Source: an uncultured Haloferula sp. (GTDB lineage Bacteria; Verrucomicrobiota; Verrucomicrobiia; Verrucomicrobiales; Akkermansiaceae). From it: a stretch of 64,000 nucleotides of DNA. The stretch covers positions 1 through 64,000 of the forward strand of contig CBFGTS010000002.1 of assembly GCA_965652295.1 (NCBI GenBank), written 5' to 3'. Under the pieces are notes generated by a model that saw only the letters and a list, made by a program, of their open reading frames with translations, had not been told where the DNA came from and ran no database searches. Both the position numbers and the translations under genes were made by a program. Positions 41,901 through 51,150 of this stretch are shown here, one piece after another; the stretch's first letter is position 1; each line of letters starts with the position of its first letter.

Positions 41901-43132
41901 TGCGAAGCGTCGTCGCTGACGGAAATCAGCCGTCGATTGTTTCGAGCTTGCTCCGCCGCCTTTCGGCTCCGGAGTTCTGGGAGCCATGCGAGCAGTGCGA
42001 CTTAAAGGACAAGTGCTACGTCTATCACAATGCTCGGACCTTCGCCAATGAAACGGCGGGCTCTCAGGTGATTGAGCGGATCGAACTGCTCTACCGATTG
42101 GTGATCCTCCGCGGGAAGCTTCACATCACCATGCGGGACCTTCGGTCTTCGCTGGCTTACATGCTGGCAGGCACCCGCGATTGCGATGCAATTCATGAGC
42201 TTCACCAGTCGGGCAGGCCTGGAGAGTTCTTGCAGGGGTTCTACTTCAATAGCTATTCAGCGGTCGGTGAGGACCAGCCCAAGGACCGTCTGCTCCGCTT
42301 ACTGAAAGAGATCGACGTCGCCAAGACCAACGATCCGAAACTGGATCGGGCCTTCGACTTTCACCCGCCGGACCCGGCCCCCGCGCTCATGGATTTCGAC
42401 TCGCGCGAGGGCTATGATAGGGACCTTCTGAAGTCCGTCTACGCCGACCTGCCGCTGGACTACACAGCGCGGGAGAACCCGATCAGGCTGGCTCTACACC
42501 GACGCTACGTCGAGATGCTGCGCCGACGCCATTTCTTCGAAGCTCGTGACAAAAGCTGGAAACGGCTGATTCCATACGACGCAGGCAGCAGGATGCTTGA
42601 GCTCTTGCAAGACAACCCGGACCCAGACGGTTCCGCCCTGAAAATCATTGCGGCAATCAATCACGGAGAAGGAATTTCCCGGACAAGTCGTTTAAAAGGC
42701 AAGTTGGCGCTCCAAGTGCGCCAGGTGGACTCCGGAGTTCTTCGGAGCTACCGCGTTTTCGACGCAAGCCACTTCACGCTTGTCGCTCAGGAGTCGGCCC
42801 ACGAATCCAGATACATCGAGCACTCACCGAGCGCGCTCCTCTTGCGCTACCGGAACCCGGATACAGACCTCACTGGGGAGCTTGTGATCAACCTCGATGT
42901 GTTCGAGATGCTTGACCGGCTCAATCGGGGCTACAGGCCTACGGTCGATGAGTTGCAAGGTTACTACCTCTCTCTGGCCGTCTTCAAGAACATCCTCGGA
43001 TCCGCACCCTATCAAGAGGTCCTCCTGACGCCAAACACCCGCGAGTTCTATTCCGTAGCCCGCCACTCAGATGCGAGCCTCAAGATTAGCCTGGCAGAAG
43101 ACCCCGCCGAATACCATGCCACAAAGAGCTAA
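38993..43132 (+). CDS. mad6: NERD nuclease + two Ser/Thr kinase domains + P-loop ATPase, MADS Mad6-like
   Basis: EIDVAVV..LIDVK (NERD); kinase 1 HRGVSPDS/DFD; kinase 2 GKGGFG/HGDIKPDN/DFN; ISGNAGDGKT; IAINEGRL; CEQC..C. Confidence 0.88.
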   Translation: MAQVIPIGQPENDPERKVIALLRDGLPDDYRVVHNFELRGEGGQWFEIDVAVVAPHAVYLIDVKSTYGEIHVAGGKWHPEGRTPYASPLAKLRQHARVFHGMLADAAGPGSQGLRHVWSEALIILTNPSAVLRDPEGRDRDQVSHIDKAIQHLRDPSRLPQVHFTRESTQLHLGKILAIFSGKNARPSQQLPRLGLSWQCEERLTSNDFYTEYRARNATVQTAERVILRLYRADPYKMAEEREAERVRIANAYTALTKLPPHPCIPAARDFFPTEREDGYVLVLNDAPGSSLRVHIAKAQQQLTMDQKLKVAEDLLSALAHCHAHGVIHRGVSPDSILLGLDGRAKLIDFDFARPGAPRERTVASEVVAVIDHTYLAPELKDNVANASAASDVYAAGATLYELLTGKPTFKSLEEGMNATHVFPERAGAVIADMPEGFDAWLESLCRFGPSDRPDAHDALAGFRVLFAPPAIPAEEEAESTETLVPIDYTNLPAKFELKNRFLVEAPLGKGGFGRVYKVVDTYADETRALKIITQDRSSTRERMKQEFRVLTKLPAHENVVRVFDGDCLEGDTIPYILMEYVEGESALDLIGRRKLSLAETIRLGIQVAQGLDHCHRNGVSHGDIKPDNLLWTPQGEVKIIDFNVSVKDGDDLAREGGTLKYVPPETDRSIPSTSQERYERDVYALGVTLYEAVTGIYPWEGSKSPLLGKGAKDPRELSGCEDLSESLATLLVNVIAPETSDRFSSASDLAKALTEIQSTLRKPAVLRAPTMPAISLPVARPNTNPFVSYLLTLYSQSKRTNAGTRGLNDMGRAIYVETALDRELQPATLQGQFRLVLISGNAGDGKTAFIQQIEELIRKNGRIVEPIASGNGSRFEWEGRKFVTNYDGSQDEGDKVNDQVLKEFFKPFAGDDASAWADEETRIIAINEGRLIDFLEQFGGEYRHLRNVIQRGLATAVPEDGVAVVNLNLRSVVADGNQPSIVSSLLRRLSAPEFWEPCEQCDLKDKCYVYHNARTFANETAGSQVIERIELLYRLVILRGKLHITMRDLRSSLAYMLAGTRDCDAIHELHQSGRPGEFLQGFYFNSYSAVGEDQPKDRLLRLLKEIDVAKTNDPKLDRAFDFHPPDPAPALMDFDSREGYDRDLLKSVYADLPLDYTARENPIRLALHRRYVEMLRRRHFFEARDKSWKRLIPYDAGSRMLELLQDNPDPDGSALKIIAAINHGEGISRTSRLKGKLALQVRQVDSGVLRSYRVFDASHFTLVAQESAHESRYIEHSPSALLLRYRNPDTDLTGELVINLDVFEMLDRLNRGYRPTVDELQGYYLSLAVFKNILGSAPYQEVLLTPNTREFYSVARHSDASLKISLAEDPAEYHATKS

Positions 43133-44768
43133 AGATACTGCTTTCCGGCTACCCAAGGTGACGATCGTGGACTTCAAGTCCATTGAATTGGAGCGAACTC
43201 TCACCGCCCTGTTCGCGCGCATCTTCCACAATGGCCACGACAGCCGGTTGACCAAGCCGAACACCACAATCGAGGACTTCCGTGATCACATCCTTGAGCA
43301 ACCTGACCGGTTCCGGGACTTCGACAAGCATCCCGATGTGCTGCAAGGATGGCTGGAGGGCCATCTGCTCGACTTGGTGAATAGGGGTAAGCACAACCAG
43401 CAAGTAGCCGCTCCCCGACCGCTACACGGCTATACTTACCGGTTCCGAAACCCGAAACATTGCCGGGACTACGGCTCGGCCGAGCACCTCTACGAGATGC
43501 TTTGGCATGCCCGAAACGATCTCGGAAAACTCGCGATCAGCAGCCTCAAGCGCTTTTTTTTCGAGGGGGTCGACCCCAACACCCAGGAGCAAGATGCCGG
43601 GGTCAAGATCGACGTTGAGACCCAGGCGTTGTTGAGCCTGAGTCCTGGTCACATGCTGGAGGATGCGCCGGTCCACGGATCGCGAACGCCGACGCCCCCC
43701 CTGTGTATCGGGTCAGCCGATCTGCTAGCGGACGACATTCTAAGGTTGATGCAGTACCGGGCACGGATTCCCCGATCCGTGATGGTCGAGTACCTAAAGA
43801 TTCTCATTGGCTTTCACCTGGCGCTATACCACCTGCGTCTCTTGAAGCTTCTTCCAGAGATGGTGAAGAGGCAGGGCGTCGCGCCGAGCTGCGAAACAGG
43901 CCGATGCCCCGTCAAACCCGGAGCCGCCGAGTGTCCGTTCGGCGACTGTCCTTTCCAAATCGGGCTCTTCCTCGATGTGAAGAACCACCCGGGATCGGTT
44001 CCGGCGGCACTTGCCGAACGCAGCGCTGAGTTTCACTACCGAAGAATTCCGGGGTTCGTCAGATCCTACTACATGACGAAGAAGATGGATGAGTTTGCGT
44101 CGGATAGCTTGCGAATGGGCAAGCTGCCTGGCGGTGCTCAACGCCAGATGTCCGTACCAGAGGTGCTGGGCCTTCTGGCAGACAAGCACTCCAAAGACCG
44201 AGAACTCTACTTCCAAGCTCGGATGCTGAACATGCTTCCGGATTCGAGTAAGGACGACAGTTCGGAACCGGCGGAGTGGGAGCAGATCAGAAACCTCGGC
44301 CTCTCAGATCTTGAAACATTTGTTGAATGCCTGATGGCTCAGCGCGGCGAGTATCAGCGCCGCTTTATCGTGAAATGCCTCGATGCCTTCACCCTTAAGA
44401 ACCGCCCGGGTGCTTTGCTTGCTCAGGCTCGCTCTCCACGGGCACCCCGCCGATTCACCCTGGATAGCCGGCTGCTTGAGGTGCTGCTACAGATCAACGT
44501 TCTCGAATATAATTCAGACACCGGGCAATACCGGTCCGCTGAGATCCAGGTGGATAAGCTGCTGACAGTCCTGCAAAGGCGCTACGGGTTGTTCATCGAC
44601 CGCCTTCCTGTCGACGAGGGCTTTCAAGAGCCCACGATCGAGGAGCGTCAGGCGCTTCGCGAGAACAAAGAGGCGTTCAAGGAAAAGCTTCGGGAGATCG
44701 GGTTCTTCCAGGACCTATCGGACGCCTACATCACCCAGCACGTTCGCCCCCGGTATCAAATCGGATAA
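43116..44768 (+). CDS. mad7: MADS Mad7-like protein (DndG/DptG-like)
   Basis: Position between the kinase and the large ATPase; C-terminal LREIGFFQDLSDAYITQHV resembling DptG-type ends; Cys cluster. Confidence 0.78.
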   Translation: MPQRAKDTAFRLPKVTIVDFKSIELERTLTALFARIFHNGHDSRLTKPNTTIEDFRDHILEQPDRFRDFDKHPDVLQGWLEGHLLDLVNRGKHNQQVAAPRPLHGYTYRFRNPKHCRDYGSAEHLYEMLWHARNDLGKLAISSLKRFFFEGVDPNTQEQDAGVKIDVETQALLSLSPGHMLEDAPVHGSRTPTPPLCIGSADLLADDILRLMQYRARIPRSVMVEYLKILIGFHLALYHLRLLKLLPEMVKRQGVAPSCETGRCPVKPGAAECPFGDCPFQIGLFLDVKNHPGSVPAALAERSAEFHYRRIPGFVRSYYMTKKMDEFASDSLRMGKLPGGAQRQMSVPEVLGLLADKHSKDRELYFQARMLNMLPDSSKDDSSEPAEWEQIRNLGLSDLETFVECLMAQRGEYQRRFIVKCLDAFTLKNRPGALLAQARSPRAPRRFTLDSRLLEVLLQINVLEYNSDTGQYRSAEIQVDKLLTVLQRRYGLFIDRLPVDEGFQEPTIEERQALRENKEAFKEKLREIGFFQDLSDAYITQHVRPRYQIG

Positions 44769-44771
44769 CCC

Positions 44772-47700
44772 ATGGAAGCCACATTTCGCAGAATCAACTC
44801 AGACGACGTCGACAAACACCTCCAGCCGGTCTTGGAGGAAATGATCTCAGAGAGTCTGAGCACGCGACAGCCCGGACACTGCATGCGTGTTGGCAGCCTT
44901 TCCGGACCACTTATGGCCCGTCTCGCTGAAAGCTTGGTAGACCGATTCGACGGATCAGCCATGGTACACGTCCTTGGCACGCAGGAGGAGGCGGGGTCGT
45001 CCCCGCTATTCATTACCAGCAGTAAGCTGATCGAGCTTCGGAACCCGCTGCCCGACGGGACTCAGAGGCCACCATTGCTGGTATTCGTGCCCGATGATCT
45101 CCGAACATCGGCCGAGGATTCGTTCAGCGGTGCGACCTTTGAGCAGGTCGAATTGACCGACTCATACGCTGTGCTCAAGCAACGATTGCTGGAGGGAGTC
45201 CCGAACGGACTTCGATCCCAAGCGGAAGGCTGTATCAGAATTTTGGAGGAGCGCGCGTGGCCGATTGCCAATATGACCGGTGTTCTTCGATTTCTCCTGA
45301 GCATAAAGATCAACGGCTACGACGACGAAGTTCTTGGAGCCGCGCTTTGTGAGCTGGGGCTCATCCCCGATTTCAAGCTGCTTGAGGACCCTGCGATCGT
45401 GCAGAATCGGCTTTCAAAGAATCATGAATCCGCAAAGAACCTGCTTTTCTCGAATAGAAGCGTGGTGGGACGTGTCCTCGACCTGAAGATCGCCACGGAC
45501 AGTGTTCAGACAGCTCTGATTGGCTACTTGTCGGTAAATAATTTGGAGGACCCGGTAGCGTGGACTTCACAGCTTGCTTCGGATCCGCGTCTATACGGTT
45601 TGTCGTTTGACAAGTGGGGCACAGGAAGCAGTGAGGACTATGCCTACAATATTTTCGTCGAGGTAGTCTCCTTGGACCTCCCTGAAATCAAGAACGATGA
45701 GACGGATCCAAAACTCGGCCAGCTACCCCCGGGTCAGCGTGTGCTTGTCATAGGCGGAAGCGGCCCGCAGAAGTTTAAACTGAAGTTTAGGTGTTCGCCA
45801 GCGCCTTCGACAATCCCTGATCTGGATCACTTCAAGATCCAGATTGTGTCACGGGAGAATGGACCAACCGGCGCGGTGAAAAAGAAGAAGCGCTGGGAAG
45901 GAACCAGGCAGGAAGCCACCCAGAGTTTCACGAAAGTCCGCAGCCTCGATTGGGAAGAGGGCTGGCACTTCGTCCGGGTGCTCCCATATAACGCTGACGG
46001 AGACATTCTCCCGATCGTGAACGCGGCCGGCGAAGCCATTCCTGTTGTGGGCGAGGACGATGATGCCGAAACTCCTCACCAGAGCGATCTGTTCTACGTG
46101 ATCTGCGATGAGGAAGTGGAAATCGAGCTGCCTCAGCGTGCGGTGCCAAGGGTTCCATCTCTTCAACATGCCATTATCGGGAAGCTCTACGGCAATCTGG
46201 CGGACAGCTCGGGAGCAGAAGCTTCCGACCCTGTAAGGGTCAATTGGCAAGCTGCCGAGACGGGTTCCGACATGCTTGAGCTGGTGGAGTTCCGATTCCC
46301 AGGAGAAGGGGCAGTGAACATTCCATTGACCAGACCGCTACGGCAATTAGAGCAGGCGATACTCTCGAATCCCGGGGCAGTTGGACGCTGGAGCGTCTCT
46401 CTGAATCACGCCGATCGGGTAGAAATCTCGCCTGGGCCCGGTGAGATCGGAGGATCTGAGGTGTGTGATTCGTTTCTTGGCTCAAGAGGGAAGCTCTTCG
46501 AAATGATTCGAGGTGAAGACGAGCGTGGGCTGGTCGAACTCACTCAAATAGCGAGGATCGAAGAGACCGCACTGAACTATGCAGCCTCTTACTCGGAGTT
46601 GGTCGCACACGCGTTGCGCAGGGTGGAAATCGCGGGCCCAGACCAGCAGAAGCCGGCCCTGGAGGCACTCTCGGCAACGCTTGCAATCGACTCGGTGATC
46701 GTGAAGCTCACCGACTTCAAAGGTGGACGGCGGACCGGGTACTTGGTCGCGCCCACCCATCCGCTTCGGATGCTGTGGCTCGTGTGTTGGTCAAGACTAT
46801 CGGATGCCTGGGCCGATCAGCTTCGAAAAGGCAACCGGAACCAGGCTTCTTCGGTAAGGCAGGCACTTTTCGAATCGCTCGCGATGATCAACTTTCCCGC
46901 ATCGCTTGTCGGGCCGGCCGCGCGGATTCTTCAGTCTGTTGACAACATCCATCCATTGTGGACGGTCTACGCTGGCACCGATGAACTCGACCCGCGGGGA
47001 CTGGTTGCTGAATTATGCACGGCACTTTCGCTACCAGAGGCCCCGGTCGGTGGATTCTCGCTAAATGGTGAGTTTCTCGCTAATCGTCTGCGCCGCTATG
47101 TAATCCAACATCCCTACATCCAGACTCTCAGTCTGAACTGCTTCAACGCGGGCCGGGGTAAGATTCTCGCAGACGCTCTTCTCGCTCTACAAAAGAACGT
47201 CGACACCAAGAACCTTCGCTACGACCTCCGGCTATTTGTGGCGAATCCAGAGGCACCAGGGGTCGGCGACGACCTTTCCGAATTGATTTCTCCAAGCAGC
47301 AATTTGGCCGCGGCCGAAGCGGATGTTTTTGCGAGCCCAACCGGAGACCACCTCTCCCCCAAATTGACATTTTCGCTGAGGGGAATCTCGGAGTTCCAAG
47401 AACAGCCCTCTGAGTTCGGAGCCCACATCACCTTGTTGTTCGACGTCTTCCCCACACAAGCTGTAGGAACAAGGCCACCTGAGAACGCTGAGGATGCCGC
47501 TCCAATTCATGGATTGCTCCAAGACTTTTCGATCGTCTACGAGGAAGATGGCGACCGGGTTGCGTGGCACAAATCGCCACGTCATGGTGGCGCTATCCCT
47601 ATTCCCGATGCTGAGGAGCATTCGGATCTTCTTTCCGCTCTCGCCACGCAGCTCTCGACTGCCGCCGCGACGGTTGCAACCGGTCAGGCAGGAACGGCGC

Positions 47701-50321
47701 AAAGACCGGTTTCGACATTGGTGCTCGGGCCGAAGCAGAAAGCACTGCTACACCAAGTTCATGAGGTAAGTGATTGGGTCTTCACAATCGACAAGAGCAT
47801 GGGGGTCGAGTTCTTCGATCACCGCCCGAGCATCGACCGGCCCGAGTATCTGATCGACCATAGTCCTGATTTCTCGGCAAGCGGCGGAAGAAGGGTTGTG
47901 ATCACCTCCAGATCGCAGACCGAGATCCGGGTGATGTTCGAGCGGGTGCTTGCCGAGCACGGCTTGCAGGACTTCGCATCCCGATCTGCCGGGTTGCTTG
48001 CTGAACTCAGACTTCTCTCGGGAAGGCTCGCTCTCAAGCTGGTATCAGCATCGACACACAGGGCTGAGGCTCTCGGGCTCGCGCTTGGCAAGCTCTTCCT
48101 AGAGTACCAGTCTGCCTTTCAATGTCAGGCGGTAGTGCCCTTGGATTCGCACACAGATATTCTTCGGCCAGACCCAAATGCTCCGCTCGATCTTTCCGAG
48201 GAGGTGTCCCTCAGGCGCACCGATCTGGCGCTCTTCGATTTTGACGCTTCGAACATGAGCCTAGTCTGCCGGCTGGTCGAGGTGAAGTGCTACAAGAACG
48301 CAGGGGGCTCTCTCGAAGCCTTGGGCGCGTTGAAAGCAAGTATCGCCGAGCAACTCGACAGCAGCGAGCAGGCCATCCGAAGGCGCTTCAATCAAGAGGT
48401 GACACCTGACTCGGTCCGTCCTGACCGAGTAATTCGCACTCAGGAGTTGTGCAACCTGCTCGAGTTCTATGTGGAAAGGGCGCGGCGGCTCGGCCTTCTG
48501 ACCGGCAATGCCTACCAAGAGGCCAAGTATTTCCTCCGGTCGATGGAGAGGGGTTACGGGCTTCGCTTCACGAAGAGCGCCTTGGTGTTCGACTTCGAGA
48601 AGACAGGGTTTGAGGAGAGCATCGAGGAGAACGGTATCGAGTACCACAGAATTGGTCGGGATCTGATTGAACAGCTCGTTGAAGCTCTTCCAGCGGAGCA
48701 TTGGGGCACTGAAACCCTTCCGTTTGGAACTGAAAAGCAGGCTAAAAAGACCGATATTGAGGAGCAAGGTTCAAGAACACTCTCCGAGCTCCGCTCCCGC
48801 GACTTCCCGGTAGTTGAGAAGGCGGCATTCCTCCCGCCAAAGAGAGATCGGACCATTTCTTGGAGCAAGACCACGACCCGGGTTCCAGCGGTGCAGGATG
48901 GCGGCACGCAGCAAACTACTCAGACACCGACGCCCGAGGCGCCTGTCGAACTGACCAAGCCGGTTGCTACGCCTACCCCGCCCGAACCAACTGCCCCAAC
49001 GCCGACTGCTGAACAGCCAGCTCCTGAAGTCTCTCCCCAAGACGGCTCGTCTTCGAGTACGGAGAAGCCGATTGAACCATCTGTGCCAGCATCAGAGCCA
49101 TCAGGAGGAGTCGACGTTCAGACTAAGGATCCCGACGTGCTACTTGGCTCATCATCGTCCTCACCCCAGTTCGGGCATATCGCGAAGCTGCACGGCAGGA
49201 CGATCGCACTGGACTTGAACCAAACGCAGACCATCAGCCTCTTTGGAGTGCAAGGGGGAGGAAAGAGCTACACCCTTGGGACGATCATCGAGATGGCGAC
49301 GATGCCGATTCCGGGCATCAATCAGCTGCCGAAGCCTCTTGCGACCGTCGTCTTCCACTACAGCCAGACTCAGGACTACAAGCCGGAGTTCACCTCCATG
49401 AACCGGCCGAACGACGATGAAAAGTCCCTCAAGGCGCTGATTGACGACTACGCCGCCAGCGGAAGACCTCTCTCGGATCTCGTGCTCCTCGCTCCAGAAG
49501 GAAAGATTGCTGCACGGAAAGCCGAGTATCCTGACATCGAAGTCCTGCCGCTCAAGTTTGCGTCCTCCGAGCTGCAAGCCGGACACTGGCGGTTTCTTAT
49601 GGGCGCAGTTGGCAACCAGGCGACCTACATCCGACGCTTGAATCAGCTCATGCGCTCGATGAGGGAGAATCTCACCCTAGAAGCGCTCAGATCAGCCGTT
49701 GAGAATGCCGGTTTCACGGACAATCTCCGCGATCTTGCTATGATGCGTCTCGATCTGGCGTCGACCTACATCGACGACGCAGCCAAAATCTCTGAGGTCA
49801 TTCGTCCAGGCAGGCTCGTCATTGTGGACTTGCGCGACGAATTCATTGAAAAGGACGAGGCACTGGGTCTTTTTGTCGTCTTGCTTCAGTTGTTCTCCGA
49901 CGCGACCTACAACGGCGAGTTCTTCAACAAGCTCGTCGTATTTGACGAAGCTCACAAATACATCGAGAGCCCGGATCTGGTTGATGGCCTGGTGAGCGTG
50001 GTTCGTGAGATGCGCCACAAGGGAACTTCGGTTCTTGTCGCCAGCCAAGATCCTCCGTCGGTTCCGGTTGCGTTGATCGAACTCTCCACCCAGATCATCC
50101 TCCACCGATTCAACAGTCCTGCTTGGTTGAAACACATTCAGAAGGCAAACGCCGCGCTTTCGGGGATCCAGTCGGAGCAGCTATCGCGGTTACAGCCAGG
50201 TGATGCCTTCCTTTGGTCAGCGAAAGCCACCGACCGAGCCTTCTCGACGGAGGCCGTCAAAGTCCGGTGCCGACCACGAATCACGAAGCACGGGGGCGAT
50301 ACGAAGACCGCAGTTGGATGA
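44772..50321 (+). CDS. mad8: Large HerA/FtsK-type ATPase with PD-(D/E)xK-like motif, MADS Mad8-like (DndH/DptH-like)
   Basis: APTHPLRMLW; RRTDLALF..LVEVKCY; Walker A GVQGGGKS; Walker B VFDEAH; REMRHKG..ASQDP. Confidence 0.85.
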   Translation: MEATFRRINSDDVDKHLQPVLEEMISESLSTRQPGHCMRVGSLSGPLMARLAESLVDRFDGSAMVHVLGTQEEAGSSPLFITSSKLIELRNPLPDGTQRPPLLVFVPDDLRTSAEDSFSGATFEQVELTDSYAVLKQRLLEGVPNGLRSQAEGCIRILEERAWPIANMTGVLRFLLSIKINGYDDEVLGAALCELGLIPDFKLLEDPAIVQNRLSKNHESAKNLLFSNRSVVGRVLDLKIATDSVQTALIGYLSVNNLEDPVAWTSQLASDPRLYGLSFDKWGTGSSEDYAYNIFVEVVSLDLPEIKNDETDPKLGQLPPGQRVLVIGGSGPQKFKLKFRCSPAPSTIPDLDHFKIQIVSRENGPTGAVKKKKRWEGTRQEATQSFTKVRSLDWEEGWHFVRVLPYNADGDILPIVNAAGEAIPVVGEDDDAETPHQSDLFYVICDEEVEIELPQRAVPRVPSLQHAIIGKLYGNLADSSGAEASDPVRVNWQAAETGSDMLELVEFRFPGEGAVNIPLTRPLRQLEQAILSNPGAVGRWSVSLNHADRVEISPGPGEIGGSEVCDSFLGSRGKLFEMIRGEDERGLVELTQIARIEETALNYAASYSELVAHALRRVEIAGPDQQKPALEALSATLAIDSVIVKLTDFKGGRRTGYLVAPTHPLRMLWLVCWSRLSDAWADQLRKGNRNQASSVRQALFESLAMINFPASLVGPAARILQSVDNIHPLWTVYAGTDELDPRGLVAELCTALSLPEAPVGGFSLNGEFLANRLRRYVIQHPYIQTLSLNCFNAGRGKILADALLALQKNVDTKNLRYDLRLFVANPEAPGVGDDLSELISPSSNLAAAEADVFASPTGDHLSPKLTFSLRGISEFQEQPSEFGAHITLLFDVFPTQAVGTRPPENAEDAAPIHGLLQDFSIVYEEDGDRVAWHKSPRHGGAIPIPDAEEHSDLLSALATQLSTAAATVATGQAGTAQRPVSTLVLGPKQKALLHQVHEVSDWVFTIDKSMGVEFFDHRPSIDRPEYLIDHSPDFSASGGRRVVITSRSQTEIRVMFERVLAEHGLQDFASRSAGLLAELRLLSGRLALKLVSASTHRAEALGLALGKLFLEYQSAFQCQAVVPLDSHTDILRPDPNAPLDLSEEVSLRRTDLALFDFDASNMSLVCRLVEVKCYKNAGGSLEALGALKASIAEQLDSSEQAIRRRFNQEVTPDSVRPDRVIRTQELCNLLEFYVERARRLGLLTGNAYQEAKYFLRSMERGYGLRFTKSALVFDFEKTGFEESIEENGIEYHRIGRDLIEQLVEALPAEHWGTETLPFGTEKQAKKTDIEEQGSRTLSELRSRDFPVVEKAAFLPPKRDRTISWSKTTTRVPAVQDGGTQQTTQTPTPEAPVELTKPVATPTPPEPTAPTPTAEQPAPEVSPQDGSSSSTEKPIEPSVPASEPSGGVDVQTKDPDVLLGSSSSSPQFGHIAKLHGRTIALDLNQTQTISLFGVQGGGKSYTLGTIIEMATMPIPGINQLPKPLATVVFHYSQTQDYKPEFTSMNRPNDDEKSLKALIDDYAASGRPLSDLVLLAPEGKIAARKAEYPDIEVLPLKFASSELQAGHWRFLMGAVGNQATYIRRLNQLMRSMRENLTLEALRSAVENAGFTDNLRDLAMMRLDLASTYIDDAAKISEVIRPGRLVIVDLRDEFIEKDEALGLFVVLLQLFSDATYNGEFFNKLVVFDEAHKYIESPDLVDGLVSVVREMRHKGTSVLVASQDPPSVPVALIELSTQIILHRFNSPAWLKHIQKANAALSGIQSEQLSRLQPGDAFLWSAKATDRAFSTEAVKVRCRPRITKHGGDTKTAVG

Positions 50322-50419
50322 TCGAGTTTCTACCCGATGTAGGTTTTCCAGATGAGTAGACGCCAAGACGCCACCGAATTCTCTCTCACCTGGAGGCAAC
50401 CAGTTGCGTGCAACCCCAG

Positions 50420-50630
50420 GGGCCTCCTTGGTGACTCGGTGAATCCGCCCGATCTCGCCCCGCTTGAGCTGACCCTTGATCTCTTGGGCGAGCGCGAGGG
50501 CGCTCTTCTCGTCCTGGCGATCCTTAACCTGCCGGGTCATCCCGGGTGGACTCCAGGTGACGCGCCACGGCTTCCCGGGCGACCCCGGGGAGTAGATCTT
50601 GACCGGGCCATCTGTGGAGTGGAGAGGCAC
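50420..50630 (-). pseudogene. N-terminal fragment of a tyrosine integrase-like protein
   Basis: VKIYSP..PWRVTW..RQVKDRQDEKSALALAQEI (arm-binding-like strand/helix pattern); directly downstream of ssrA; no catalytic R-HxxR-Y domain. Confidence 0.55.
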
Positions 50631-50645
50631 CCGGAGAGGCTGCTA

Positions 50646-50667
50646 AAAACACACGGAAAACACACGG
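50646..50667. repeat. 11-bp tandem direct repeat (candidate integrase arm sites)
   Basis: AAAACACACGG twice, between the integrase fragment and ssrA. Confidence 0.6.
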
Positions 50668-50723
50668 ATGTTTCGCCAGAATCGGCCATTTTTGGCCAAT
50701 GCCGAGGTCCTCAAAACGGCCAG

Positions 50724-50763
50724 AAAAAACCCGCAACCTACTCACTTAGAGTCTGTTGCGGGT
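50724..50763 (-). terminator. Terminator downstream of ssrA
   Basis: ACCCGCAAC...GTTGCGGGT stem followed by a U-run on the minus strand. Confidence 0.65.
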
Positions 50764-50773
50764 AAACTTAAAA

Positions 50774-51133
50774 TGGTGGAGGCGAGGGGAGTCGAACCCC
50801 TGTCCGGAACATCTTCAGCACTGGCATCTACACGTTTAGCGGATGATCAGAAGATTCGGAGAGGATCGGCTCATCCGCCGCGTTCCCTTTCCTAGCGTCC
50901 TGTTTGGTCTCGCCATCCGACCCGGTCCGCCCGATCTGATGGCCAGCCTGTTGAGTAGTCGCCATCCCCCTTAACAGGCGTCGGGGTTCAGGCGTTGCTG
51001 TCAATTAAGCAGCAAGTGCGAGCTCGTTAGAGTCTGCAATTATTTGTTTTGGACGGCTTTTTTAGGAGGCCAACCGACCAACCTCCACGTGCAGCCAGCG
51101 CGTCGAACATCCCGTCGAAACCAGAACGCCCCC
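50774..51133 (-). ncRNA. ssrA: tmRNA
   Basis: 5' GGGGGCGTTCTGGTTTCGAC; 3' GGTTCGACTCCCCTCGCCTCCACCA; G3-U acceptor pair; tag frame 51037-51005 encodes ADSNELALAA*. Confidence 0.97.
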
Positions 51134-51150
51134 GTTTGCTGAGCGGCGGT

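Larger units (their letters stand above)
30815..50773. mobile_element. Defence genomic island at the 3' end of ssrA (integrase degenerate)
   Basis: Abrupt switch to accessory genes after E2; weaker GC3 bias; ends at the tmRNA CCA with an integrase-like fragment and tandem repeats. Left boundary is approximate. Confidence 0.75.

Noticed and set aside
38993..50321. Calling the locus BREX type 2 (Pgl) or Dnd phosphorothioation
   Set aside because: No pglZ, pglY or dndBCDE in the window; HsdM- and HsdS-like genes and the gene order fit MADS.
50774..50850. tRNA gene
   Set aside because: The T-arm and CCA belong to tmRNA; the tag ORF and 5' end are present.
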